This document shows positions 1 to 12,565 of a stretch of 64,000 nucleotides of DNA, piece after piece (the stretch's first letter is position 1; every line of letters starts with the position of its first letter). Source of the stretch: Antedon mediterranea. Taxonomy: Eukaryota; Animalia; Echinodermata. Under the pieces are notes generated by a model, which had not been told where the DNA came from, did no database searches, and saw only the letters and a list, made by a program, of their open reading frames with translations. Made by a program: the position numbers and the translations under genes. The stretch lies in the NCBI RefSeq assembly GCF_964355755.1, contig NC_092678.1, positions 13,328,352-13,392,351 of the forward strand, read 5' to 3'.

Positions 1-1825
1 TACTACTACTAGTAATAGGCTAGTCTTTAAAAATAGAACTGGCATCTCTCGTCAAAATGACGAATCAGTTGCCAGTACAGTGGGCTAACTTGGGCACATT
101 TTACTAGCTAGTATACTCGATAATTAGTAATGATGAACCGATCGGACCTGGCAAAAATTAATACGGGTAGCCAACGAATACTTAAAAATGAGTCTAAAGC
201 ATAGGCCTAATATTAATAAAAAGACAACGTGAACCTGAAAGGTAGACCTAACTACCTAGAGTAGCCTAGCCTAGGCCTAGGCTAGAGTAGAAGACTAGGC
301 CTATCCTAGGTAGGTACTGTGCAAGTTACAGCTTAGAGCTAGGCTTAGTAGTAGTAGCCTAGAGTATCTAAACTAGGCCACAAGTATACATTTTATTAGA
401 GAGAAACTAAGTAAAAAATAGTAATATATTTACCGATAAATCCATGGGTTTCTTGAATACATTAAAACAAAATTCGTTCCGCAACTAGGCCCAGGCATAC
501 ACTGCCGGCCGCGCCGGCGGCGCGCGTTACGTACAGTTTGGCTATAATATGCATAATCATAAAACTTCCTCTCTCGCGCGATATGTGTCAAAACATCTCC
601 TCAACCGTCGTGACAAGTTGTAAACAATCTTAATTAGCATATCATGCATAATTCATACTCGTGGTTTGAAATCTTTGTTTACTTTCGCTCGGAATGATTT
701 TCCAGACGAAATTTAATCAAACTAATTTACCTGTTAATTACGTAAACTTGTTGTTTTTGGCTCGAATTTTTAACTTAAAGTGAATAACTTTAATATTACT
801 TTGATATGGCCAATTTAAATTTAGAATATTTTGACCTTCATTTTTTGTGTTCAAAGGGACAATACAACTTTAAATCAAAAGAAACGATTCTTTATAAATA
901 TTGCATCATTTTAAAGTAGTTATTACAAGTGTCCACTTATAAACAATAAAGAAGATAACATTTGGGAAAAATATCACAGCACACCAATAATTGTGTTTAT
1001 GTTTTTTTTTTTGTTCAGGACTATGTTTTTAAATTTGTTTTCCTTGTTTTATATGATGAAATATATTTTTATTTTCGAAAATCAAAATATCTTAACATTT
1101 TCTTCCTCGTAAGGATATTGAACAAACGGTATCACGTGTTTTAGCGGTTACATCAATTCTTTGAATTTTCCAAATCTTTTTCGTTTTCTTATAAATTGGT
1201 TTGAGGTAAATATAGCAAGTAAGAGACAAAATAAGGTGTGTTTTTGTTTTAGTTCCTTATAATATGATGAACTTTACATACTAAACTCTATGTAGGTATT
1301 GTTTGATTAATATTTTTGCCAGTCAAACAGAGTCGATAAATAATAAATTATTATATTAACACGTTTAAAAAATGTAACGATAAATAAACAAAATTAAAAA
1401 AACAACAAAAAAACAAGAATGAAACACATTTAAAATAAGCGGCAATATTACAATTATGGTTATTAGACCTGCAGTAATTAAAATAACGTATCTATTTAAA
1501 AAATAATTTAATGTCATTTTTTTTTGTTATTACTAAGCCTATTGATTTGTTTTTTGTTTTATTTATTTTTTTTCTTATTTTCAATTATAAATAATTTTAC
1601 AAACAAATAATATCTGTTCTATTTACTACAATCTCAACGATGCAAAATAATAGGCCTAATTACAAAGTAATATATTCACAGGAAAACAATCACTAACGTT
1701 TATATTTAAACATAGAAAATAAAAGTTCATGTTATTCCCACTTTACTGACTGGAGAAAATCAAAATAACTAAATAATATAATTATTATGATTATCATGTT
1801 AAACTCCTAGGAGTGAAATTCCGAC

Positions 1826-2020
1826 TGTACTGAAGAAAGGCCCATAAATAATATACGCAAGAACTTTCTGATTTTAATTATCATTTATTTGCACACTTCT
1901 TACCAACCACGCTGTCGGTATTTGTTTTTCTTTTTATCTTTTTATCTATGACACGCCAAAACGGCCTTTTACACACTATACAATAGCGCCCTCATTATTC
2001 TTTTGTTGTTCTTCAGAACA
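1826..2020 (-). repeat. 3' LTR of the BEL/Pao element
   Basis: Near-identical to 8668-8863 (about 5 substitutions and 1 indel by eye). Adjacent 2021-2034 reads GAGGAAGGGGAGAA on the minus strand, a polypurine tract. Confidence 0.92.
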
Positions 2021-2399
2021 TTCTCCCCTTCCTCGACATACAGTTGTTTGTCTATCCCTTTACAATCTCAAATAACATTTTTTTTTCTTAACATAATAGT
2101 AAATATCATGAAACATCATTATCAACAAAAACCCTATCACTTATATTCAATATAATTATTTAACAACATTTCTAAATTAAAAAAAACTATTTTTACTGAT
2201 ATTATTCACATTGAACTTGTTAATAACATTTAACATCACTGTCCTTATTTGAACATTATCAAACAATGTATAACAATTATATGGTCAATTTTTACACTGT
2301 TCAATCTAACATAATTCAACTCTAAACTTATTAACACTAAAACTTAAACATTTGTGCTTCTTAATATAACACCTTTCTGTATTTTGATATTTAACATTC

Positions 2400-3871
2400 T
2401 TTTAATCAAGTATCTCTAGTGGACAAATTTGTGTAATACCTCGAATTACATCTCCATTGTTAGTTTTCACCTTTATATATTTCTTTTATTCTACCCAATG
2501 GCCATTGACCTTTCTGAACTACTAATACCACTTCATCAACCCTAAAATCCCTCTTGGGTTCCCTCCACTTTTTTCGTTGGTTCAATGCTGGTAAACACTC
2601 CCTTAAACACCTATTCAAAAAGTGTCGCATTAATTCTTGGACACTTCTCCATCGTTTCCTAGGATTAACAACTGTTGTGTCTAATATGCTCTCTGGAGCT
2701 AGATTACCTCCCATTTGACCAAGTAAAAAATGGTTTAGAGTTAATGGAATTACATCCTTTACTGAGGCAGATTGATATGTTAATGGACGTGAGTTTAATA
2801 TACCCTCTGCTCCTACAAATGCAGAATGTAACGCATGGATTTAAGAAGAGCTACTTTCGTTTTTTAACGCGACTAATCTTACATTTCTTTTTTTTTAACA
2901 TCGTTATCATTCTGTGACACAGAATACACAAGCGCCGCATAAGAGTCATTTGACGCGTCAACAAATGTATGCAACTCTTGATTCTCGCGCTCACCTGGGT
3001 TTATACATCTTTCTATTTCTATACCTTTTAATTCGCTCAAATTTACTATCCATCTTTCTAATTTCTGACCTACATCAGGGGACAACTCTTCATCCCAGTC
3101 TAATCCATTTGCCCAAATCTCCTGCATAATTATCTTGCCTGTGACTACTACAGGAGCAAAAATCCCTAGTGGATCAATTATAGAAGCGATTCTACTCAAA
3201 GCTAATCTCTTGGTTAACTTACAGACATTAGAAGGACCAGAACCTCCTTGAAACTTAAATGTATCTTCCTCGGCTTTCCATATTAAACCTAAAGTTTTTG
3301 CAGAAGGTAACTCGTTCCCACTTAATTTGATTTCTTTAGCTCTATCTACTTCTGGTTTTTTTTACAGTACCGCTTTTGAATTTGAAACCCATTTTCTAGC
3401 ACTCATACCCGCGATTCCCAAAATTCTTTAAGCTCTCTATATAACTCTACTACATCTTGCTCATTTTTAACCGAGGTCATGGTATCATCCATGTAGGTAG
3501 AGTCTAAAACAGCCCGTGCTGCTAGAGGATACTCTTTAGAATTCTTTCGGGCATGTTCCTGAGTTACAAATTGAGCTAAGAATGGCGCAACATTAAGACC
3601 AAACACTAGTCGATTGAACTCATAAATTTCTGGCATCCGCTCTGTGTCTAAATCTCGCCACAAAAACCTAAGCATTTTCCTATCTTCTGGTTGCACTCCA
3701 ATCTAGAGATACATTTCTGCAATATCGAAAATAATCGCTACCTTTTTCTTTCTAAATCTTAATAACACATCAAATAAATCGTTCTGCAATTTAGGCCCTG
3801 GATAGATCATATCGTTCAAACATCTTCCCCCATAACGCGTCGCGCCGTCAAACACTAACCTAACTTTCGTT
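2400..3871 (-). pseudogene. BEL/Pao RT, RNase H and integrase C-terminus; integrase core missing
   Basis: RLVFDG...GPKLQND, ORF 3403-3696 (YMDD), ORF 2879-3199 (FVDAS), then directly EGILNSRPLT and ORF 2460-2714 (WPLGRI). Confidence 0.85.
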
Positions 3872-4198
3872 TAATAATATAAGTAGTTCTTTGATAGTAA
3901 ACCAATAAAACTTACGTTGGCAAGACAGTTTCGTCTAGCTGTCAGCTTGACTTCTTCAGTTGCTATGATGCGTTATGGCGCCGACTGGCCTCCTTTCCAG
4001 CCACTAGATGATTTTGTTGTGTAGCCTAGGGGACCAGTCGTCGTCAGAAGCTGATCGTAAATGTGAGAAAGTTGGTGCGCACCTTCGTCTCTATTCATCT
4101 TTGTATTTTTATTTTGCTTTCTTATGCTGATGCTTTCTTTAATTTTACGTTTAAGCCAAACTTGTTCTTTGTGTAGTACCTCTATCTTATCCCAGTTA
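3872..4198 (-). repeat. 327-bp inverted copy of the Penelope 3' end (partner 5697-6023)
   Basis: Reverse complement matches 5697-6023 almost exactly; both encode ...NWDKIEVLH...GGQSAP. Confidence 0.95.
3920..3963 (-). ncRNA. Second hammerhead copy in the inverted Penelope repeat
   Basis: Same motif on the minus strand, with a fully paired stem I (GCAA/TTGC). Confidence 0.75.
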
Positions 4199-4208
4199 TG
4201 ATGGGAAA

Positions 4209-5922
4209 GTGAGAAACATGCTTTCAGATACTGATACATATACGCTATTAAAGAAAAATCCTACCTCATCCTACAAGAAAAAACTTATCACTGTAATCAC
4301 GAGACTCCTCAAAGAAAAGAAAATCACTGTCAAACAAAAACACTACTTGTACCCCACGTCGGACATCACACCAAGAATTTACTGCACACAAAAAATCCAT
4401 AAAATGAATAATCCGTTACGTCCCATAGTCGATTATACGGGATCCATTATGTACAATTTGTCACGAAGCTTAGCCGACATTCTCGTACCACTAGTTGGAA
4501 ACAGCATCCATCATGTTACTAATTCGCTTGAATTTGTCAATGACATAAAGGACATTAAGTTACAGCCAAATGAAACATTGGTCTCTTATGATGTAGTGTC
4601 ATTATTTACCAAAACACCAGTCAACAAGTCTCTCAAAATAATTGAAGAACGCTTACACTGTGATAAACAACTATCAGAGAGAACATGGTTACATATCAAC
4701 GACATTATGGAATTGCTTCAATTGGTCCTCACCACCACATATTTCAGCTTCAGAGGGGATATCTACCAGCAAAATTCAGGTATGGCCATGGGTAGTCCAT
4801 GTTCTCCGATTGTTGCGAATTTATTTATGGAATGGCTGGAAAATGAGGCAATAACTACAGCTCACACCAACATAAAACCGAGGATATGGAAAAGGTATGT
4901 AGATGACATTATAACAATAATTCCCAAAGATGCGACACAACCATGATTACAACATTTAACAAAATCGATGATGACATTAATTTCACTTGCGAAGAAATGT
5001 CCTTAACAGACAACTCTATCCCATTCTTGGATACGCTAATTTTAGTTGATGGGGAAGGCAACATCAACACTAAAGTGTTTAGGAAAGCCACCCACACAAA
5101 TCAATACTTGGACTTTAACTCACATCATCTTCTACAACACAAGTTATCCGTTATCCGCACACTTCTACACAGATGTAACACGATAATCACAAATAATGCA
5201 GACAAACAGAACGAAACTGAGATGATACATACTTCACTTAAACAATGTAACTACCCTACATGGACGATTAGAAAGGTACAACGTAACCTAGATAAACACA
5301 AAAAGGACACACAACCCGAAACAGAAGACATAAGAGGGTCGATATCATCCCATATATTCAAGGCCTGTCAGAGAAAATCAAGAGAACATTTAAAAAATAT
5401 AACATACGAACATACTTTAAACCATCTAACAAAATTAAAAACTTAATCGTCCGACCGAAAGATAAAGCATGCAAAGAGGATTCCTGTGGTGTTGTCTACA
5501 AGGTGGGATGCACCAACTGTGATATTGTGTACATTGGGGAAACGGGTAGGGCACTCAAAACCAGAATTAAAGAGCACAAGAAAGATGTTGAGGAAAACAC
5601 ACAGAACATGCAGACGCGTGCATCATGGAAAGTTTCGTCCTCCATTTTACATAAATCAGCAATCACGGACCATATGACCACACACAACCACATACCTAAC
5701 TGGGATAAGATAGAGGTACTACACAAAAAACAAGTTTGGCTTAAACGTAAAATTAAAGAAAGCATCAGCATAAGAAAGCAAAATAAAAATACAAAGATGA
5801 ATAGAGACGAAGGCGCGCACCAACTATCTCACATTTACGATCAGCTTCTGACGACGACTGGTCCCCTAGGCTACACAACAAAATCATCTAGTGGCTGGAA
5901 AGGAGGCCAGTCGGCGCCATAA
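4209..5922 (+). pseudogene. Penelope RT + GIY-YIG endonuclease, frameshifted into three ORFs
   Basis: ORFs 4209-4946, 4943-5446 and 5503-5922 are consecutive parts of one PLE polyprotein. Confidence 0.9.
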
Positions 5923-5931
5923 CGCATCATA

Positions 5932-5975
5932 GCAACTGAAGAAGTCAAGCTGACAGCTAGACGAAACTGTCGTGC
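5932..5975 (+). ncRNA. Minimal type I hammerhead ribozyme in the Penelope 3' repeat
   Basis: gcaa CTGAAGA a GTC a AGCT gac AGCT a GAC GAAA c t GTC gtgc: both conserved core boxes, a stem II and a GUC cleavage triplet. Minimal hammerheads are an established feature of PLE repeats. Confidence 0.75.
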
Positions 5976-6065
5976 CAACGTAAGTTTTATTGGTTTACTA
6001 TCAAAGAACTACTTATATTATTATACGAATCGAAACCAGAAGAAATGTTTTCACTAACTTTCGTT

Positions 6066-8368
6066 GTTTCCCTATCGGGTTTAACTACTGGGAAATGTGG
6101 TAGAAACCATTGATTTAGTTCTGTTAGGGATTGGTCTATTTTTCTGACATAGCCTTTGGATCTGTAATTATCTAAAACATTCTGATAACTATCGCCTAAC
6201 ATCTTGTCTCTAGTTAATTTTCTTTCTAGACACTCTAATCTCTTAAAGGCCATCTCATAATTGTTATCCATATTTAATCCTTCTTCCCGCCACGGAATAT
6301 TCAAAGTGTATCGTCCATCAACAGCTGTCAATGACTCTGACACTTTTTGAATCACTCTTTCATCTTCAGCTTTATATATTTTCAAATCACACACTCCATA
6401 ACTATCTACTTCCCAAAACTTCCTCATCAACTCGTCCACATCATTACTTCGTTCCCTACTGGTTTTGTAAGTATTCACATGTAGTGACTTTGTTCGCCAA
6501 CTTCTCCTCAAAGGACCAACACACGTCCAACCTAACGGTGTTCTTCTCGCAACATGTTCTCCGGGACCCCCACATTTATCTTCTAACACTGTATGCAACT
6601 CTGACAATCCACTCCAATTAGTAAATCTATCTCTATTCTCTGACTACTTATCACAGGAAATTCTATGTCTCTCAAATGATCCAAATCCTTACTAACACTA
6701 CTCCAATCTGACGCTTCTAGTCTACCAGTAACAACACTTATAGTCACTGCATTCACTTTCAATTTCTTAGATCCATCCAACGGTAATACAAATATCTCAA
6801 CTGGCTTAGTCATATATCTTTCCTCCTTACCACTTAACAAACTCACAGCCATCTCTTCGGTTACTCCACTGAGACCCAACTCTCCACATAACTCTTCATT
6901 AACATATTTCTGGGTACTACCATCATCTAATAATGCATTCACCTCTTTTCTTTTCTTTCCATTACTAACTATGATTGGTATGGTTCGCAAAGCAATAGAT
7001 TGGGTTTTACTTAACAATGTAGTGTTTGTCCCTGTTTCTGTTTTAGTTACTTTACGCTCCCATTCCCTGGCAACTCCTACCTCTACAGTTTCAAAATTAC
7101 TTTCCTTTTTAACTTTTTCTCTATGTAACAACCTATTATGGTCATTCTTACACCCATTTATACCACAGGACAAAACCCGTCTACAATCAAATGCCCTATG
7201 TTTACATAGACACTTAAAGCACAATTGTTCTTGGCTAGCAATATTCCATCTCTCATTGATGAATAGTTTTCTGAATTTTACACATTCCCATAACTTATGG
7301 TTTTTCTTACAACATACACATGTGAATAAAGGTGATTCACTAGGCTTTCCCTTGTGGGTGCACAACTATGACTGTAAGCCTTTTTACCTCTAAAATCTGT
7401 GTTTACTACTCGAAATTTACTACTCTTATTTTCATTACCTGTAGTGCTAATATTTCTTCCAAACATATTGCTGTTTACTGCAGCTTGACTCTCTACAAAT
7501 TTTAACATATACAAGAAACTTGGTTCCCTTTCACTAAGTATTGATTGTGCAGCATTAGCCTATTTAGCTTGCATAAATCTAGGTAATAGTCCTTGAATTT
7601 TTAATAGGTTGGAGGTACTGTTTAAATCATTTATGTACCCCATTTTTGTTAGTGTTAGCTGACACTTTTCATGTCACTGACTAGTCCCCATAACTCTTCA
7701 TGGTTTCCTGCATTAATCTCTTTTATGTTGGTTAACTTAAGCATCAATGAGTTTAAAACTAGATGGGGCTGCCCAAACTGCCTTTTAAGAATCTCTAAAG
7801 CCTGCTTATAACCTTCTTCTCCTAATAGAGGACAACTTACTATACTTTCCTTTGCCTTATTTTTACATAACTGTAGAAGGTATTGTAATTTTGCATTATC
7901 TGATGTTAACTTACTTGCTACATTTATCTCAAAATTTGGTATAAAAGCCTAATAGTTTCCCGGATCCCCATGGAATTCTATCACTTCCGCTTTTGGAAGT
8001 TCTAGGGCTAATTGGAATGCGGCCATAGCATCCATATCATTACTGTTAACCTTATTATTTCCATCTTTCTCTCTCTGATCAACGTTTTCACTGTCCTCTT
8101 CTACTATAACTTTGTCAGTCTCTTATGTCACTGTTCCCCTGACTTGCGGCTCCAGCACCCTCTTAGTCTCATGTATCACCTCTAGAAAATCCCTTTGGCA
8201 ATCTTGCATCCACTTCTCCGCTTCCTCAAATTGTTCTTCATCTTCCAAGTTTATCATTTCCACAATCTGCTCGTGAGCCCTCTCTACTGTTTCAAATACC
8301 TCGTTTGCTTTCTTAAATAAGTTATGTATTAACTCAATGTCTCTCTCTAGTTCCTCCTTCTGACACAA
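6066..8368 (-). pseudogene. BEL/Pao gag-protease-RT N-terminal part, frameshifted
   Basis: ORF fragments 8123-8368, 6583-7365 (knuckles, ALLDDGS protease) and 5987-6607 (ARRTPLGW, FWEVDS, WFLPHFPVVKPDRETTKV). Confidence 0.85.
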
Positions 8369-8642
8369 AACATTTATTGTGTTTGTATCCTTGTTAACTG
8401 TCCTTTTCTATTTCTTCGTAGTATTTTTATATCTTTTTTCGTTTCTCCATGTCTTCCATTTTGTTTATGACGTTTCGCTAGAAGCATGCACTGTACTCAC
8501 TTGTGTAATATGTGACGTTCGCTCCCTATGCATAGAAAGCATGCACTTTACTCACGTGCTTCGTTGCAAATAATATATGCTCACAACTTTCAGCCTAAAC
8601 ATGTTGGTTCTTTAAAGTTTATTTTTTTTAATTGGTCTATCT

Positions 8643-8660
8643 AACCTCGCTCTTCTACCA
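8643..8660 (-). promoter_or_regulatory. Primer-binding site, probably tRNA-iMet
   Basis: Minus strand TGGTAGAAGAGCGAGGTT lies just inside the 5' LTR and starts with TGG. It resembles the complement of the initiator-Met tRNA 3' end with ~2 mismatches (recalled from memory, not aligned). Confidence 0.6.
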
Positions 8661-8667
8661 TTTTTCT

Positions 8668-8863
8668 TGTACTGAAGAAAGGCCCATAAATAATATACGC
8701 AAGAACTTTCTGATTTTTATTATCATTATATTTGCACACTTCTTACCAACCACGCTGTCGGTATTTGTTTTTCTTTTTATCTTTTTATGTATGACACGCC
8801 AAAACGGCCTTTTACACACAATAGAATAGCGCCCTCATTATTATTTTGTTGTTCTTCAGAACA
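8668..8863 (-). repeat. 5' LTR of the BEL/Pao element
   Basis: Direct repeat of 1826-2020 with TGT/ACA ends; followed on the minus strand by a PBS-like sequence. Confidence 0.92.
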
Positions 8864-9010
8864 CCAACAAAACTTTAAAAATAAAATGATTTTATATAAA
8901 AGTTGTTTGCGGCGTCCATGTTTGGAATATGCTTGTTCCTTTTTGAATTCAGGTTCAACGGAAGATAATAGCAATAATTTAGTAAGAATCAAAACAAGGA
9001 GTGTCTAAAT
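8864..9010 (+). pseudogene. Old LINE RT C-terminal remnant, the target of the BEL insertion
   Basis: Translates to LYKSCLRRPCLEYAC, similar to the CR1/L2-group LYKSxxRPxLEYA motif. The left BEL flank (1795-1825) reads HVKLLGVK. Confidence 0.45.
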
Positions 9011-9917
9011 GCATCTTAAGCAATGCTTACATTTCATATTCAGATGATTTAACCTCTGTCTCTCTTTTAAATACACTTTGATTTGAATTCGAATAATTAA
9101 TTTTTGCAAATATTTGTCTATTTGTTTGTCTATTTAATGAATACGTTTGTAAAACTAATCTAATTTTATTGAACAAATATTTAAAAAGTGCAGCAATTCA
9201 GCCTTTGGCTGAAAATCTATTTTTCAGGGCAATTATTGTCAAAATAAAGATACCAAGATATATTATTTATTATGACAAAAATATTGAAACATATAATATA
9301 TAAATAATATAGAACAAATGTTACTTTATTTATAGAATATTCTGTATTTTATTTTAATTATTAACAATAATTGTATTCATTTGTTTGTTTTTCCGCATTG
9401 TTAAATTTATTTTTACTTATGTAGGTACATTTTATTATACTTCTGATTTTGTTGAATTAAATAAAACGCCACGTGAACTTTCTTACAAAACGTACCGTAC
9501 CAAAAAACGATTCGTTTATTTTTTGTTTTTAAACGAACATTTTAGTTTAAAATTGGCAGTATCTTATATTTTGCACACTTATTTGTATTGTTAATTTATA
9601 ATCCAAAACAAAAATAATTATTTTCATTTTCTTTAGGTTAAGTTCTTTATATTCATTTAAATTTAATACTTAATGTCTTTCTAAAATTATCATTTCATCT
9701 TCCTTGTATAAGTAGAGTAAACAGACAATATTTACGTGTTTTAGTGGTTACAGCAATTCTTTGAATATTTCAAACTTTGCTTATTTCCTTATGAAGTGGT
9801 TGAAGGTGGAGATCTAAATAACTTCCTAATGAAGTTTAGTTTAACTAAATATATCGAGTAAATAGACAATTAAAGTTGTTGTTTTTACGTTGTAGTTCCT
9901 CAATACTTGAATTAAAC

Positions 9918-10054
9918 AGAGACGCAACGCAAGAATGTAAGCCCAACACAATTGACCAATCACAATTGACGAATCATCCAAACTGTCGCTTGTGATTGGT
10001 CAACTCGCGTGTGCTGCGTCTACATCCTTCGTTGAGTCTACGAGAACCAAGCTT
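9918..10054. mobile_element. Palindromic MITE remnant, same family as 17969-18101
   Basis: Shares agagacgcaa, tgaccaatcacaa/ttgtgattggtca and gaacca(agc) with the 17969-18101 hairpin element. Confidence 0.6.
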
Positions 10055-10210
10055 CATAAAAAAAAGAGAATTAAACTCTAGATATTGTTTCATTTGTTAT
10101 TTATTCAAACAGTGTCGGGATGAGAACAATTATATAAACACATTTATAGAAAGATAAAGTTAAAAGAACACGAGCAGAAACATTATGAATTATGTAACAG
10201 TACAACTTGA

Positions 10211-10270
10211 AGAAACTGACTGCATTATATAAACGTGGACAGAAACTGACTGCATTATATAAACGAGGAC
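10211..10270. repeat. 30-bp tandem duplication
   Basis: agaaactgactgcattatataaacg(t/a)ggac x2. Confidence 0.9.
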
Positions 10271-12021
10271 ATGTACATGTAATAAGCGTTCATAATGATC
10301 ACACCATTATACTGTTATATGTACATAGTAGGCATAGGGGTTACGGTGTAGCATCATTCTGTACTTTTTAAAACCTTAATGGAGCATCACCATTTGGTGA
10401 TGTGATTCATTCAGAATGACAACAATCCCAGTTTACTTGAGTAATATTGATTTGGTCTGATGCTTCGAGATGCATACACACATTTACAGATTATATAGCT
10501 ATTATTACGCCATTTGCTACAGTTTACCAGAATGGTTTAGTTGGAAAATGTTAATGCCGTTTTTGTATTTTCGGTAGTATGATTTAATCAGGCGTAGCTC
10601 TAACAATAGCTTTGGTCTGAAAAGTCTAATACATACTGCTTATTGTCGATAGCATGATTTCTGCCGTTTGATGTAGTCCTATGAATAGGTTTGGTCTAAG
10701 ACAATCGGATACAGTCTTGTTTGGTTTGAAATGTTGAAATAAAATGTATTGTTTTTTCTTTTATAGAATGATTGTAGTAGGCCTACTGTATTGTGAATAT
10801 TGCAAATATATATTTTTTTTTTGCCAAAATAATATTGAAATGGTAGTTAAATATGACCTTTGGTAAACCAAAAAACAAAGGACAGTATTGTGTGCTATTA
10901 TATATTATAGCTAGTTCTGAAAATGGGTTTGGTTTTAAAAACCAGACACTGTAGATACTGATTAAATTTATTTCCGAAACAAACAATTCTAAACAATCAG
11001 TTCTGTAATCGAATAAGCCTCACCTTGAAACCGCGTATCTACGTATTTGACCAAAAAAAAAACATTAGCCAAGAATTTTCAAGAAAGTTCGCAACTTAAA
11101 TAAATATTTATGTTTAATGTATAGGTGGTGCCCTGTAATTTCACGCTTTATTTTGGTTGGTTGAGTAAGTTGACTTACCGAAACCACAGCAGCTGTAAAA
11201 GCCCATACATCTCGGACATCCTTGCAACGAACACAAAATAATAAGAATATGAAGAATCTTTGCAACGAATTGCACAAGTAAAACAACAATTGGAACAAAT
11301 CACGAACAGTCTTAGAAGAACCTATCGCGAAAGGCCAAAGATCCACGTTAAGCCATGTAGCTATTGCATTCTGTACGCGTAGAGCGAGTCAGTTACCTTT
11401 ATCAGTTTTTATTTTCATATTTCGTTTTCGTCAGCAGGTCAGCCTACAGACGACTTTTCCCCATTCCGTCAGTTCTTTCTAACTTGTTATTCATGAGTTT
11501 CGCACCCGCAAAATCGAGTGCATGACCGCACGTGTGTGTGAGCTAGCCTCGCTCGATCCTTTTATCGAGAGGCGCACGTTTTCACGGACAATCGTATTCG
11601 ATTAGTATCTATGTATCCTAGAAGTGTGTACGCTAGGTCTATGCTATAATCAACAGGAGAATACACTAGTCGAATACTGTACACCATGTGGTTGCCAAGA
11701 AGGGCTCGCTCGCGCTGGGGGTATGACGGTCGTGCGTATAATAACTATAATACTATTCCAATCGTAAACGTACGTTTACAAATGAAATTTTATCGGAGCG
11801 CCTAAAACAGCTCCATAATGAACAAATCTTTTCATCATATTTAGTACAAAATCACGCTAAAATGCCTTGAAAACTAGCAGGTTGCTGTTACGCTAGTACA
11901 CTGTAGCTAGGCTAGGCCTACTCTTCTTTAGTAATACTATTACTAATAGGCCTAGGCCTTACCTTAAAAAGCCCAGGCCTAGCCAACGAGGTGGCGATAT
12001 ATGTGTGTTGAGGCATTTATG

Positions 12022-12100
12022 TTCGGTGTATAAGACGCACCCCTAATTTAGAGGTTAAATTTGTGTGTCAAAAGTGCGATTATACACCGAAATATACGCT
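12022..12100. mobile_element. Tc1/mariner-pogo-type MITE end fragment
   Basis: Inverted pair ttcggtgtataa...ttatacaccgaa with gacgcacc, ending aaatatacgcta; resembles pogo/Tc2-type termini. The partner end was not found. Confidence 0.4.
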
Positions 12101-12565
12101 ACGTTAATATTTTTATTGTTTCATCCTCGCACACTCGATTTCTACACCTTTTCGGCCAAAAAAAATCATAACAAAACTTTTTTTTTTTAATATATGTTTT
12201 GTTAGTTAAGTTTTAGTTAGTTCGGGTATTGATTCTTGAGACCATAACATCAGTCAGAATCACTAGATTTTCACATTGTTTTATCATCTTACTTTTGATT
12301 GAATAAATATTACATTTTCTACATTTAATAATGTTGTGCCATCGTTATTGTCTTGGCTCGCGACACGACTACTACAGGATATAATAATTAAAAATCAATA
12401 GTCTATAGGCATACACATGTATTGTTTTTTTTACCAGAACATATTTATTACCTCTAATGAAGAAATGTTTCTAAAGCTAGGTATTAATTTCTGTCCAATG
12501 ATAAACAATAGTGTAAAATTATAAAATAAAAGCATTAAAATAAAAGAAATAAAATATGGTAGATA

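Larger units (their letters stand above)
3872..6053 (+). mobile_element. Penelope-like retroelement, 5'-truncated, with an inverted pseudo-LTR
   Basis: PLE-type RT (LRPIVD, SYDVVSLFT, GMAMGSPCSP, RYVDD, IPFLD, FRKATHT) plus GIY-YIG endonuclease (VVY...YIGETGRALKTRIKEH). Flanked by a 12-bp TSD ctaactttcgtt (3860-3871, 6054-6065). Confidence 0.93.
1826..8863 (-). mobile_element. BEL/Pao LTR retrotransposon, degenerate, interrupted by a Penelope element
   Basis: Two ~195-bp TGT...ACA LTRs (1826-2020, 8668-8863). Flanks ccgac/ccaac form a 5-bp TSD with one mismatch. Minus-strand gag-pol fragments have Pao-type motifs: Cys/His knuckles (CFKCL, CGINGCKNDH), protease ALLDDGS, RT LVFG...YMDD, RNase H HTFVDAS, C-terminal WPLGRI. 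Confidence 0.93.

Noticed and set aside
11065-11346. 93-aa minus-strand ORF with nearby splice-donor-like sites
   Set aside because: No recognisable domain in any frame I tried, and no partner exons.
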